This document shows, one piece after another, positions 12,502-24,927 of a stretch of 64,000 nucleotides of DNA. Both the position numbers and the translations under genes were made by a program. Positions within the stretch are counted from its first letter, which is position 1; each line of letters opens with the position of its first letter. The stretch covers positions 1,792,293 to 1,856,292 of the forward strand of contig NW_003314289.1 in NCBI RefSeq assembly GCF_000143415.4. The letters are read 5' to 3'. This DNA is from Selaginella moellendorffii (lineage: Eukaryota; Plantae; Lycopodiophyta). The notes beneath the pieces are model-generated. The model made no database searches and was not told the DNA's origin. It saw only the letters and a program-made list of their open reading frames with translations.

Positions 12502-13020
12502 CATAGAGCTCATCTAATATTGCATCTCCAACCGGCTCTCAAGCCCAGTTTAAAAGCTGCGAAACAGTCAAGAACTTAGGTATGTACCTTTTAACTTCTT
12601 ATTGTTTGGAGAGGCTCGGTTGTCAGGATTACAGTCCAGGCTGATACCCACTGTGTCTTGAAGACTAAGGTGCTTGGCAGAGAAGGCGCATACTCTTACC
12701 CGTGTAAAAGCAAAACAAAAGCTTCAGAAGCCAAAACAAAAATCTTAGTGAGTGATACGAAAGAACCATTGTTTCAGTAGCTGAAGGGGGCATGAAGAGC
12801 GTGAACTTGCCGTCGATGCACAGTCTATTGTTAAAGACGGTAACAGATTGTGGTGCTAGATAACTAAAAACCAGTCAAGCTCCCATCTGAACGGAATGCA
12901 AGAGCAAATTGCTTTAAAACACAATGTAAGCAATGTGTTCATCAGATCTTCCTTGGAATCAAATTAGTCAACAGGCAGGCCTCTTGGCCCTCAAAAGCGT
13001 TGCATGATTGCAACTGTAGA
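12502..13020 (-). pseudogene. Second patatin-like phospholipase fragment (duplicate of 5547-6075)
   Basis: Direct repeat with many transitions; encodes LCIDG and GISLDCNP. Confidence 0.8.
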
Positions 13021-13029
13021 GAGACAGAT

Positions 13030-16000
13030 GCTAACCATTTCATCTAGAATTTTTGTACAAGAGAATGGTCTAATCCTTGGAGGTTTAATTACTTTGGTGG
13101 ATTGCCCACTAATATTCTTTATATTTTGGCAAATCACTTGAGATAATCATACACTTCCCAATGAAGATAGCAATCATCTTTTGGTGCTCAAATTATTATA
13201 CTATTGCAACATTGTCCCTTGGAGACACTTGGGAAACTCATGTAAATGCTGAATATCATCCCAAAAATCAACCACACACATGTAGATTGGAGCATTCTCC
13301 TAAACATTTTCAAATGCATATTTGAACATGTCAATGATTATGATGATGTATTTTAATAATTGGTTTGTCTTCATCAAGGACCATCTGAGTTAATGATGCA
13401 ATTTAGCATCTATTTCTAAGCCTTTTGCTTTATGTAGAGCCAAATAATACTCTTTGCTTGGCATAATGTTATAAGACATCACTTCTTCTTCTCTTTCTAT
13501 GGGAGATAGTCCTATTTTAATAAAGGTTGATGCTACTGCTTCTCGAGTTTATAGACAAAGGCAAGGATGTGGTCATGGTCATGATGTCTGCTGCTAGGCA
13601 TTATAAGCGACTAATTTTTCCATTCTACTTTAATCATTTAACCACACTTTTAACTATTTGGAAGAGTCTCACTCACAACCTCCATAAGTCCTATTTAGGA
13701 CTTGGGGATATGCTAGCCTCGTGAATGGTATATATGCCACTTAACCTTTGCACTTGGTTTAAGTGGTATATATTTCCGATCTCATAACTAACACCCAAAG
13801 GTACTATTGATATATCAACTTATTATACTAAGGCCATGCCCATTCACCTTTATCATATCAATAGTCCAAGACCACCTACATCACGATTCTATCTCTCAAA
13901 GATTAAGCCATCCATCTATGAATGGTCATCCCTTGACCACACTTTAGCACCCTTAAGATGCCCAGAAACATGCAGAACACCCTTCCCCAATGTCCCTTCT
14001 TCTGTCCCCACTAAGTGCTTCTTCATCCAAAGCCATACTCACCAACCCCACCACTAAGTCAAAGCCCAAAAGCCTGACCACTAAATCCCATTGTCCTTTG
14101 GGACTTCCTCACTATGTGATTGTGTCTTTGGTCACTACACTAAAGGACTGTTCCTCTTCATTTTTATAGTCTGGGACTTTAGGACAACATTTCGAAACAC
14201 CACAACCCTACACGAGCTTCATAGGTACTCTCCCCACCTTTCGCCCTTAAGTGCCTAACCATGTGGCTAGAGTGAGGTCCTAATGAGCCACACCAGGTAT
14301 CTAAGTAGGTAGTGCCACTCACACCTAGATTAGGAGTATTGACCATTCGATCTCTCGGGGGAGCTAGAGCCGGCTTTTAAACACTTCACCAAGCTACCTT
14401 GCTTGTCTATTTGTATTCACTCAAACTTTGAACTCCTCAGTGGATATACCATCACCCAACACATGGGTATAACCTTCCTTGGTCACACTAACCTTTCCTA
14501 GCCAAACTGATTCCATTAAAGTCCTCCCCTTACTATACTTTTGGAGCTCACTAAACCCCCTAGGGTTTAGGAGATGAACACTTTGGGCTTTCACCCTTGG
14601 ACTCGAACTTGGACTTGGACTCAGACTCGGTCTCGATTTTGGTTTCAGTCTCGGTCTCGGTCTCGGTCTCAGTTTCAGTCTTGGTCTCGATCTTAGTCTC
14701 GGTCTCAATCTCTTTCTCAGCCCAACCTTAGACTCTATCTCAGGTTCATCTAAGACTCGACCTCGGACTCCATCTCAGTTCCATCTTAGGTCCATCTTGG
14801 ATCCATCTTAGGTCCATCTTAGACTCCATCTCGGGTCCATATTAGACTCCATCTCGAATTTATTTCGGGTCCATATTAGACTCCATCTTGGGTCCATATC
14901 AGACTCCATTTTGGACTCCATCTTGAACTCTATCTTGGGTCCATCTTGGACTCCATTTTGACACTTCCACGTGTCATGTATTGGTCATTTTGTGTCCCTT
15001 TCCTAAAAACTTACTTACTGCTTACTTCGTGCTCGTTCCTCGAGCACTTCATTGGGATTTCCACTCCTACTTTCGACTGTCCAAATCAAAGCTTTTAGTC
15101 CAAATGTGTTATGCTTATTTGGCTTCTGCTTTGGCCACTACCATGTGGCACCCTTTCGGCTCCACTTTAGGGATTAGGGATTTGTGACACTTTGGGGTTT
15201 AGGGATTTGTATCTCATAAATGTGTGATGAAATTGGTCATGTTAGCATTTTCTAGATTAGCAACCTCTATTTTCTGGGTGGAGATCTTGGTGTCAACAAC
15301 AACCTATTGATGTTGCTGCAGTGGAAGGTCAGGACACCAAGATGTTTTTGAGAAACAAGGAGTCGTACAAGTAGTAAAGGGTCCTTGTGTGAATAAATCT
15401 GTGACCCCTCCATTTTTCTTTCAGGAGTATTATCAAAGGGTTTATTTGGCATAAGGTCATCCAGTATTTACTTTCCAAGCTCATTTTTATAATAAAATGT
15501 CTCCTATTATTCTATCCATATTAGTTAATATAAACTTAAGTTTATCTTCTATTGCTCAGTCTATGGTCACATGTTGCTATCTACATTTATGTTATGTGGC
15601 AAAATTAGTTTTCATTCTTTATAGCAACAGTCGTACATATGCATGTGCATGAAATAAGGTAGACTTAATTATGCGTGTGGGAGATCTCGAGCTTAAACTG
15701 TAGTTGTTGCAGATGCTATTGAGTCAAGTTTTTGCCCTCATCCTTTATATGGATTGGTTACAGCACAATCATATCGAGTGTGACTTTACTACTTTTCCCA
15801 TTGTCTTATACTTCTTTATATTTTTTGTATTCCTCTCATTTTTGTTCTTTTTTGTCTTTTTGCCTTTATCACTTTTATCACTTCATTATTTCCTCCTATG
15901 TTTCTGTTTTGTTCCTCTATTCCCTCTTTAGATCCATTCAATGATTTTTGTGTTGTAGTGGTTGACTGACTCATGAAGGAGTATACCAATCTCTTTGAAT

Positions 16001-16046
16001 TTGACCTGTCATCTGGGGCAAAATTGCAACACGTCATTTTATTCCA
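13030..16046 (+). mobile_element. Degenerate gypsy family B gag/protease interrupted by an LTR-like insert
   Basis: 13030-13600 and 15222-16040 are contiguous pieces of the reverse complement of ~29070-30560. Confidence 0.75.
13602..15189. mobile_element. Nested solo-LTR-like insert related to the family A LTR
   Basis: Starts TATAAGCG (degenerate TGTAAG) and ends TGTGACA. Shares GGGCTTTCACCCTTG plus the CTCGGACTC tandem array with the 10815-11897 LTR. Confidence 0.6.
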
Positions 16047-17154
16047 CAAAACCATGTGAATGTTTATGAATAAAATTGTTAATCATGGAGGAGGTACATG
16101 ATGTACAACCAAGAAAAAGAATGGACAGGTCAGCTATTGGCAGCGGCATGACTTTACCTAGTATGCAGTTGTTCGAATTTTGGCTAGCAAGTGGTCTGAG
16201 TTGTACGACGATGGAGCTGAATGCAAGGGTGAAGCACTAGTATGATGGAGGTGATGGTGGCAAAGCACAAGCCTACAGTATATATCTCGCTCTGATAGTT
16301 TGAGCTGGAACTCCTTTACCATGGTAATGTATACTTGAACTATGTAAGTCAACAAAGAAGAAAACAAATACCAGGGAAGCAAGCTCCATAAAAAGAAGAG
16401 AATCTGATGTGAATCCAAACTTGCCATAGAAAGTCAGGCCATCTAATTCTGACAAGAACCATAGTTACATTTTATATATCAGGCGGTTGAGACTTTGCAT
16501 AAAGAAAACAGGTAGCTTCTTGCTGCTTTCCTGCTCTTAAAACACGTGTTTAAAATGATGCATAAATACCGTATAACGCAAAACGAGTAGCAAACATTCT
16601 TTGACCACAAATTCCACTTGACTATAGATGACGTATGACATTGTCCTGCAAAAACCTTTGTTTCAAAAAGAAGGCTTGTCAAACACATCCTAAAGTTCTC
16701 AAGTTGCCAAAGACCACGTCTCGTCCTTATGGTGACAGGATGGCCTACGCTGGAGCAAAGCATGTAACGTGTTGTGCAGCTTGAGCCGCTTACAAAATTG
16801 GACTGAAATATACACAGCGTAAAACTTAGGCGGTGAATAGTGTCGGTATTGAGGAATTTTCAATCCAGGGCTTCTTCTTCACAACATTGATCCAGAGAAG
16901 GAGCGGAAGTAAAAGATTGTCAAAGTTAGTAGTGACCCCTATACTGCTGTAATGGTATTCATATATTTGTAGTAACAGAGGAAGCACTATACAGTCAACA
17001 ATATGTTCTCTATTTCTTCTGTTTGTACGGTTCATTTTTAGAATTCCAGATGGAGACAAAGAAGTGAGAGAGAAAATGGTATTTACTCTTTTTAAAATTT
17101 ACAAAAAAATGGGCCTGAGGGAATTTACCCAGAATCAAAACCGTCTATCACATA

Positions 17155-18787
17155 TTAGCAGACACTGACCTGCCTGTAGTGGCTGGGTCTGCCGTCTGGA
17201 TATGTCACCAGCGTCATTCTGTAGCCTTGACGCTTGAGAACCAACTGTTGACTCAACTCGAGCTGCTCACAGGCCATTTCTGTGGCCTGCATACTCGAAC
17301 CTCGGATGACTTTGGAGTGCAGCAGCATGAACTTGCCATCTGCCAGCTCCACCACCGCGTTGTGCCATGGTGTTGGGATGTGGAAGTTTTTCTCCTCGGA
17401 AGAACGCTGCGCTGCCACTAGAGAGGAATGGATGATGTTGATGCCATACTTGGGACCTCTGTTTGGATGCGGGTGGATGGAAATGCGCAGCTGCAAAGGG
17501 AAGAGCCACTCCACCATGGCCGAGTATGCACGGTTCCTGAGGATCATGAGGAAGGCAACCTGGCTGCACAGCTTCTTCTTGGCCGACTTTGACGGGAGAT
17601 TCTTGCAGCTCTTGTGTTCGTACAAGTCCTCGAGCATGAACCTGGAGAAGCCACGATATAGATTGCGTGTCTCCGGGTCCTCCTTGATCTCCTTGGTGAC
17701 GGTGGACTCGTCACATCCAAACAAGCACATGNNNNNNNNNNNNNNNNNNNNNNNNNNNNNNNNNNNNNNNNNNNNNNNNNNNNNNNNNNNNNNNNNNNNN
17801 NNNNNNNNNNNNNNNNNNNNNNNNNNNNNNNAGCTCAGTCGCAACGGGATGCTCCACGGTGGTGTTGGAGATAAGCTTTGCAATGTCTTTGTCACTGTGG
17901 TTGTCCAGCAGAAACTCATCCAGGCGAAAGAAATTGACAAGGCCGGGATACAGATTGTGTGCCATCTCCCAAAACATCTCGCCGTAAGAATCCACAGCAG
18001 CGTCGTCCGAGCCGACGAGATCAGAGAAGACATGGCCATCCGAGGCGACGTTGTAGTGCACGCCTGGAGCATACACGGCCTTGATGAGATCCGCAACAAT
18101 CTTCATGGAATGGATGGCCAGCTCCTCGGCCTTGTCCGGGCACTTTCCCAGAGTCTTGTCGGGATTGCACGACTTGACTGGAAATGCGGGCAAGACGAAC
18201 TCGAGTGGAATGTTTCTTGCGACGTGGTACCTCACCTTGTCCGCAAACCTCTGCTTGCCCCCACTTGTGAACCACTGGTCGTGCTTTGGGAAGTGGATGT
18301 AATTCTTCTCGATGATGTCCACAACTTGGGAGGTGATGTCGTCCACCTCTTGAGGTGTGTGCGAGCTGGAGGGCTCCAGAAGGCAATCTCTGGTCATGAC
18401 GCCGTTGTCCAGCAGCAGAGAGGCCAGATAGCTCATGCTCTCGCTGTCCTCCTCCTGGAGATTGGGATCCTGGATGAAAACCACGCCCTCGAACCCGTTC
18501 CCAATGTATCTCTCGTAGACGGTGGCTGTCCACTCCTGGTCAGCTGCTGCTCCAAGCATGGAAATGGTGTACTTGTTCATCTCTGGAGCAACTGAGCGTG
18601 TGGCCTGCTTAGCAGCCTCTAAATCTTCCGCCTTGTCACTCGCGACCATGGAGGAGAACAAGAAATCACACTTTGCTGCTAGTACTGGGACATGCCTGGA
18701 CGCAGATTGTGAGACGAAGCTAATCTCACCACTCTCTCTGTGGATGTACAGGAATGCAATCTTGTCCTTTGGATATGAACTTGCCAT
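17155..18787 (-). CDS. DIT1/PvcA-family isocyanide synthase, copy 2 (intronless, ~521 aa inferred; spans an N gap)
   Basis: Open from MASSYPKDKIAFLY (18787) through LPAFPVKS and SDGHVFSD to the gap, then from MCLFG...IHPHPNRGPKYG..IPTPWHN to the stop. The 100-N gap corresponds to 33 in-frame bp in copy 1. Confidence 0.88.
17732..17831. other. Assembly gap (100 N)
   Basis: Run of N. Confidence 1.
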
Positions 18788-19265
18788 GGGTGTTATGAGA
18801 AAAAGAGAGAATCTCAAATTTCAGGCTAGAGGATGGAAGATTGCAGACTGGGATCGATGAATTGTCTGGGTTTCCCTGGTTGGGCTTTTATACCAGGAAG
18901 CCGCCCGCCTTCCCGGTACCTACGCGCTTGACTGGAAAGTTCTCAAACGTGGGCGATTGCTAGCTTTGGGAAGAAAACGTGATTAAATTTTGGCCACATG
19001 ATTGATATCATCAGAAAGGAAGTTTGATATGTAATTTCCTCTCGTGAGCTTCCTACCAAGTTTCGCTTGACAACCACGTAAAACAAGATCTTTGATATCG
19101 TCAAGATTTTCTATACATTTTTCTACAGCGTCGCCTACCAGCGTTGATTGTCGGGTCAAAGCTTTTCTCTTTGGCGGTACTGTGATAGTAAATGGGTGAG
19201 ACCATAAAAACCTCTTCTTTGTGAGCTCTGTGTTTTGTGGAAAGTGGAAACACCATTGATCGATC
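18788..19265. promoter_or_regulatory. 478-bp divergent intergenic region between ICS copy 2 and PDR copy 1
   Basis: Head-to-head ATGs. TATAAAA on the minus strand at 18886-18892; CATAAAAA on the plus strand at ~19203; W-box-like TTGACT at ~18928 and GGTCAA at ~19155. Confidence 0.55.
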
Positions 19266-22200
19266 ATGGAGGCTGCAATGACGGGTGACCGTTTTTCCGA
19301 GAGTGGATCGCTTCGTGTCGACGACGAGGAGGCTCTCAAATGGGTTGCGTTGGAAAAGCTTCCCACGCACAATCGTCTCAGGACAGCCCTCCTCCAGAAT
19401 CTCGGGGAGGATGGACAGGAAATTGCTTATCAGGATGTCAAGAAGCTCGGATTCCAAGAGAAGAGGGGCCTCATCGAAAAGCTGCTGGGCGTCCAGGAAT
19501 CAGAGGACGAGATCTTCGTCAAGAGGCTCCGGGAAAGAATCGATAGGCAAGTTCCAAGTTCTTACAATTTGTCAATCTCTGTGGAAGGGTTTTTTTTCTT
19601 AGTTCTTTAGTTCTTTGTTTGCAGGGTTGGAGTCGAGCTTCCCAAAATCGAAGTCCGGTTTGAGGGTCTCACTGTTGAGGCTCAAACTCATGTGGGAAAG
19701 AGAGCTCTTCCCACGCTCTACAACTTTGTTGTCAATGGGGTGGAGAGAATTCTCGGCTTGCTTCATCTCATTTCATCAAACAAGCATCCACTCAAAGTCT
19801 TGCGCAATATCAGTGGCATCATCAAGCCCTCCAGGTTTGTAGTGTTTCCGTCAATTCGCAAGAACTCCAATGAACTAGAACTCATCTTACTTTCTTTCAT
19901 TGAGACAGGATGACTTTGCTCTTGGGTCCTCCCAGTGCGGGCAAAACTACACTCCTTCTTGCACTCGCTGGGAAACTAGACAAGTCACTTAAGGCAAGAA
20001 CAAGCTATCAGAAGTTCTCATCCTCGAAAAAATATGAAGAATTTTCTCTACAGTTTTTATTTATCTTCTTTTTTCTTTTCATACAGGTTTCCGGTCGCAT
20101 CACCTACAATGGCTCTGATATGACAGAGTTTGTGCCGCAAAGAACTTCTGCCTACATTAGCCAGCATGACTTGCATATGGGAGAACTGACCGTGAGAGAG
20201 ACCTTTGATTTTTCTTCCCGGTGCCAAGGTGTTGGAAGCAGACATGGTAATATAATCTTCATCGCTATTGCATCACAGCTACTGACTATCGCCAGCTCTT
20301 TGTTCTCTAAAACAGAAATGGTTATGGAGCTGGCAAGAAGAGAAAAGAATGCCAAGATCAAACCCGACCTTGCTATTGATGCTTACATGAAGGCAAGGAA
20401 CTTAACAAAAATGAATCAACTTTCTTATGTTTTCTGTGGAAACAGGCTTCTGCTATCAAAGGTCAGGCAACCACCATTGTCACAGATTACATCTTGAAGG
20501 TATGAGTGTCATTTTCTTAGCTAGTACCTTAGTTTAATATCATTGATTTTCTTTCTTTCCTTTCTTTTCGTCCTGTAGATCCTAGGATTGGATATCTGCG
20601 CTGATACAGTTATTGGAGATGCAATGCGCAGAGGTATCTCCGGTGGACAAAAGAAGCGTGTTACCACTGGTTAGTCCTAAAACAATTGGATTGCAGAATT
20701 GCTTACAAGTTCTTTCCTAAACTTTCAGGAGAGATGCTGGTCGGGCCAGCCAAATCTCTTTTTATGGACGAGATTTCAACTGGTCTTGACACCTCCACCA
20801 CGTACCAAATCGTGAAAAGCTTGAGGCAGTCGGTTCATGTCTTGGATGCTACTGTGATTGTGTCTCTGCTACAACCAGCCCCGGAAACTTACGAGCTCTT
20901 CGACGACTTGATCCTCCTGGCCGAAGGCCAGATTGTTTATCAGGGCCCGCGGGATCTTGTGCTCGATTTCTTCGACTCCCAGGGATTCAAGTGTCCTGCA
21001 AGGAAAGGAGTCGCGGATTTCCTACAAGAAGTCACGTCGAGAAAAGACCAAGAGCAGTACTGGGCTGACGAGGAGAAGCCTTACGAATACGTATCCGTAG
21101 AGAAATTCTCAAGCGCATTCCGCCAGTTTCATGTTGGTCAGAACTTAGCCGAGGAGTTTTCGACGCCTTTTGACACGACTAAATCTCATCCAGCGGCACT
21201 TGTGACGAAGAAATACGGCCTCGGCAAGTGGGACATTTTCAAAGCAGTCCTGGCGAGGCAGATGCTCCTGATGAAAAGGGACTCTTTTGTCTATGTCTTC
21301 AAGTGTACACAGGTACGTAGATGTTGATAATCTCGAGTCACTAAAGCAGAATTCGACTTTGCAGCTCTTTATCATGGCCGCGATCACGATGACAGTTTTC
21401 TTACGGACAAATATTCATGCCAACAACGTAAATGATGCGACACTTTACATGGGAGCATTGTTTTTTGGTCTGGCTACTATCATGTTCAGTGGTTTCGCTG
21501 AGGTCTCCATGACAATCCAACGCCTCCCAGTGTTTTTCAAGCAAAGGGACCAAAAGCTGTTTCCTGCCTGGGCATACTCAATCTCTACAATAATCACAAG
21601 GCTTCCACTCTCGCTTCTGGAATCAGCAATCTGGGTGTTCATGACATACTACGTTATCGGCTTCGCTCCCAGCGCTTCAAGGTTTGTAAAACTTCTTACA
21701 AGGCTTGTTGATATCTCTAAGACATTTGTTAACTTTTTGACAGACTCTTTCGCCAGTTCTTGCTTCTGTTCTTGGTCCATCAGATGGCAGGAGGACTTTT
21801 CCGATTTATCGCTGCACTCTCACAGAAAATCGTCATAGCAAACACGTTTGGCTCGTTCGCGCTCTTGGTCATCTTTGCGCTGGGTGGCTTTGTTCTCTCA
21901 AGAGGTAAAAGACTTGTTTCTCACAGTTTATAGCATCTAAGTTTCTTCCTTTTCATTTTGTTCCAGATAGCATACATCCTTGGTGGATCTGGGGCTATTG
22001 GTCGTCTCCAATGATGTATGGGCAAAACGCACTTGCTGTCAATGAGTTTAGTGCAACAAGGTGGCAGCGGGTGAGTCTTATTTAAAAACTAGCTCTTGAA
22101 GCTCAGAAGTTTGATCACCTTCTCTCTTACCTGTAGATGGATGGGAATGCCACGATTGCAAGAAACTTCCTACAGTCCCGAGGACTCTTTGCTGATGGAT

Positions 22201-24927
22201 ACTGGTATTGGATTGGAGCTGGTGCTCAGCTTGGTTACATTATCTTTTTCAATGTTGGTTTCACGTTGGCTTTGACCTATCTCCGCGGTAAGTGATCACT
22301 CTTAAAGTTTTTCTCACAAACTTACGAAGTGTGCTCTTCTTATCTCTGGCAGCTCCAAGTAAATCTAATCAAGCAATAGCATCTGTGGAAACGACCAAAT
22401 CGTACAAAAACCAGTTCAAGGCTTCTGATACAGGTAAATTTACTATTTTCACGACCACGAGCGAGATCTGATTTCCATACCTTAATGCAGCTAACGAGAT
22501 CGAGCTGAGCCAACCAGCTGAAAAGAAGAAGGGAATGGTTCTTCCTTTCAAGCCTCTGGCGTTGTCGTTCAGCAATGTCAACTATTACGTAGACATGCCT
22601 CCGGTTGGTTTGCAAAACTGAGCTTTTTCTCATGCGAAGTTCTCACATTGCTCATTTGATCACTTCCAGGAGATGCTAAAACAAGGCGTGACAGAGAGTA
22701 GACTCCAGCTTCTTCACGACATAAGCAGCAGCTTCAGGCCTGGAGTTCTCACGGCTCTGATGGGCGTAAGTGGAGCTGGAAAAACTACACTCATGGATGT
22801 TTTGGCTGGACGTAAAACTGGTGGCCACATCGAGGGTGAGATCTCCATCTCGGGATATCCAAAGAGGCAGGAAACTTTCACCAGAGTCTCTGGCTATTGC
22901 GAGCAAAACGATATCCACTCGCCAAATGTGACTATCTACGAATCGCTCGTCTTTTCTGCTTGGCTTCGACTGTCAGAGGATGTATCAAAAGAGACCAGAC
23001 TGGTGAGTGCTTTTTCAGAGGTTTCAGAGGTTTCTCACTCTGTTTGTCGTTATTTCTTGTTTTCGTTGAGCTTTCAAGTTTCTCACGATTCTTGGTTGTT
23101 TTCTTGTGTAGATGTTTGTAGAGGAGATCATGGAACTTGTGGAGCTCACTCCTATCCGCGATGCTATCGTTGGTCGCCCTGGAATGGACGGGCTCTCCAC
23201 GGAGCAGCGAAAGAGACTGACAGTAGCAGTGGAACTCGTTGCAAATCCCTCCATCATTTTTATGGACGAGCCAACTTCGGGTCTGGACGCTCGGGCTGCC
23301 GCGATTGTCATGAGAACAGTACGCAATACCGTCAACACGGGACGCACCGTCGTTTGTACCATTCACCAGCCGAGCATTGACATCTTCGAATCCTTTGATG
23401 AGGTAAGATCTTTTGATCAACAGAGAGTTTCTCTTTTCCCGCTTTTGTGCTGATTGTTATGTTTGTGGTGTTTAGCTGCTGCTCATGCAACGAGGTGGCC
23501 GAGTGATTTACTCTGGTCCTCTTGGAAAACATTCGAGCAGACTCATCGAATACTTCGAAGTAAGTTTCATATAGTTTTTCTCCAACACTGCATTGTTAAC
23601 GAGAGACTTTGTTTCCGCAGGCTGTTCCTGGGGTTCCTCGTATCCACGACGGCTACAATCCAGCAACTTGGATGCTCGAGGTGACGAATCCGGATGTAGA
23701 ATACCGGCTCAATGTGAACTATCCTGAGATCTACAAGTCGTCAACTCTCTACCAGTGAGTTTTAACATTCTTTTGCTGAGAGTTTTGGAACTGATCAATG
23801 CATTACCAGCCACAACCAAGCTGTGATTGCTGATCTACGCACACCTCCTCCAGGCTTGGTCGACTTGTCTTTTCCTTCGGAATTTCCTCTCTCGTTTGGG
23901 GGACAAGTAGTGGCCTGCTTGTGGAAGCAGCATCGATCTTACTGGAAGAATCCATACTACGTTTTGGGACGCCTGTTCTTCACGCTCACTGCTGCTCTCA
24001 TGTTTGGCACCATGTTTTGGGACGTTGGCTCAAAGAGGTGGGCAAGCTTTAATCCTGATCTTTTCACAAAGTTTATGTTTACTTTGCAGGGAAAGGCAGC
24101 AAGACCTCTTTAACCTCATGGGATCCATGTATTCTGCCGTGTATTTCATTGGAGTTTGCAACGCAGCGGGGATTCAACCAGTTGTTTCAGTAGAGCGAGC
24201 TGTATACTATCGAGAAAAAGCTGCTGGAATGTATTCAGCTCTCCCCTATGCCTTTGCTCAGGTAAAGTTACATAGCTTTGGCTATGGTGGCAAGAACCTT
24301 ACTTGAAAGCGTCCTTTTCAGGTGATCATCGAGCTATTCTACGTTTTGGTTCAGGCAGTTTCATACGCAGGCATTGTTTACTCAATGATGAAACTCGAGT
24401 GGACTGCCGCAAAGTTTTTGTGGTTCGTTTTCTTCTCCTACTTCTCCTTCCTCTTTTTCACGCTCTACGGGATGATGGCCGTGGCAATCACGCCCAACGA
24501 GAGGGTGGCGGCAATTTCTTCCACTGGATTCTACGCGCTGTGGAACCTCTTCTCGGGCTTCCTCATCCCTCGACCGGTGCGTATATGATCAATCTTTTTT
24601 CGCGTTTGCTCGATCGAGGAGACTCAATTTTTTTTCTCTTGCACGATGCAGAGCATGCCAATATGGTGGAGATGGTGCTACTGGCTTTCGCCACCCGCGT
24701 GGACTCTGTATGGAATCATCACTTCTCAGCTCGGGGATATCACTGCGCCACTGAGGCTCACAGACGAGACGAGGCAGCCAGTGCCAGTGCAAGAGTTTTT
24801 GAGAAACTACTTCGGCTACGAGCGCGATTTCCTGGGTGTGGTCGCAGGCGTGCATGTTGCGCTTGTCGTTACAATTGCGATCGTCTTCGGCCTGTGCATC
24901 AAGTTCTTGAACTTCCAGAGACGATAA
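19266..24927 (+). CDS. Full-size ABCG / pleiotropic drug resistance (PDR) transporter, copy 1 (multi-exon)
   Basis: [83 protein letters not shown]-terminal LNFQRR*. Confidence 0.95.

Larger units (their letters stand above)
16047..18953. repeat. Segmental duplication, copy B
   Basis: Matches 2370-5191. Confidence 0.95.
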
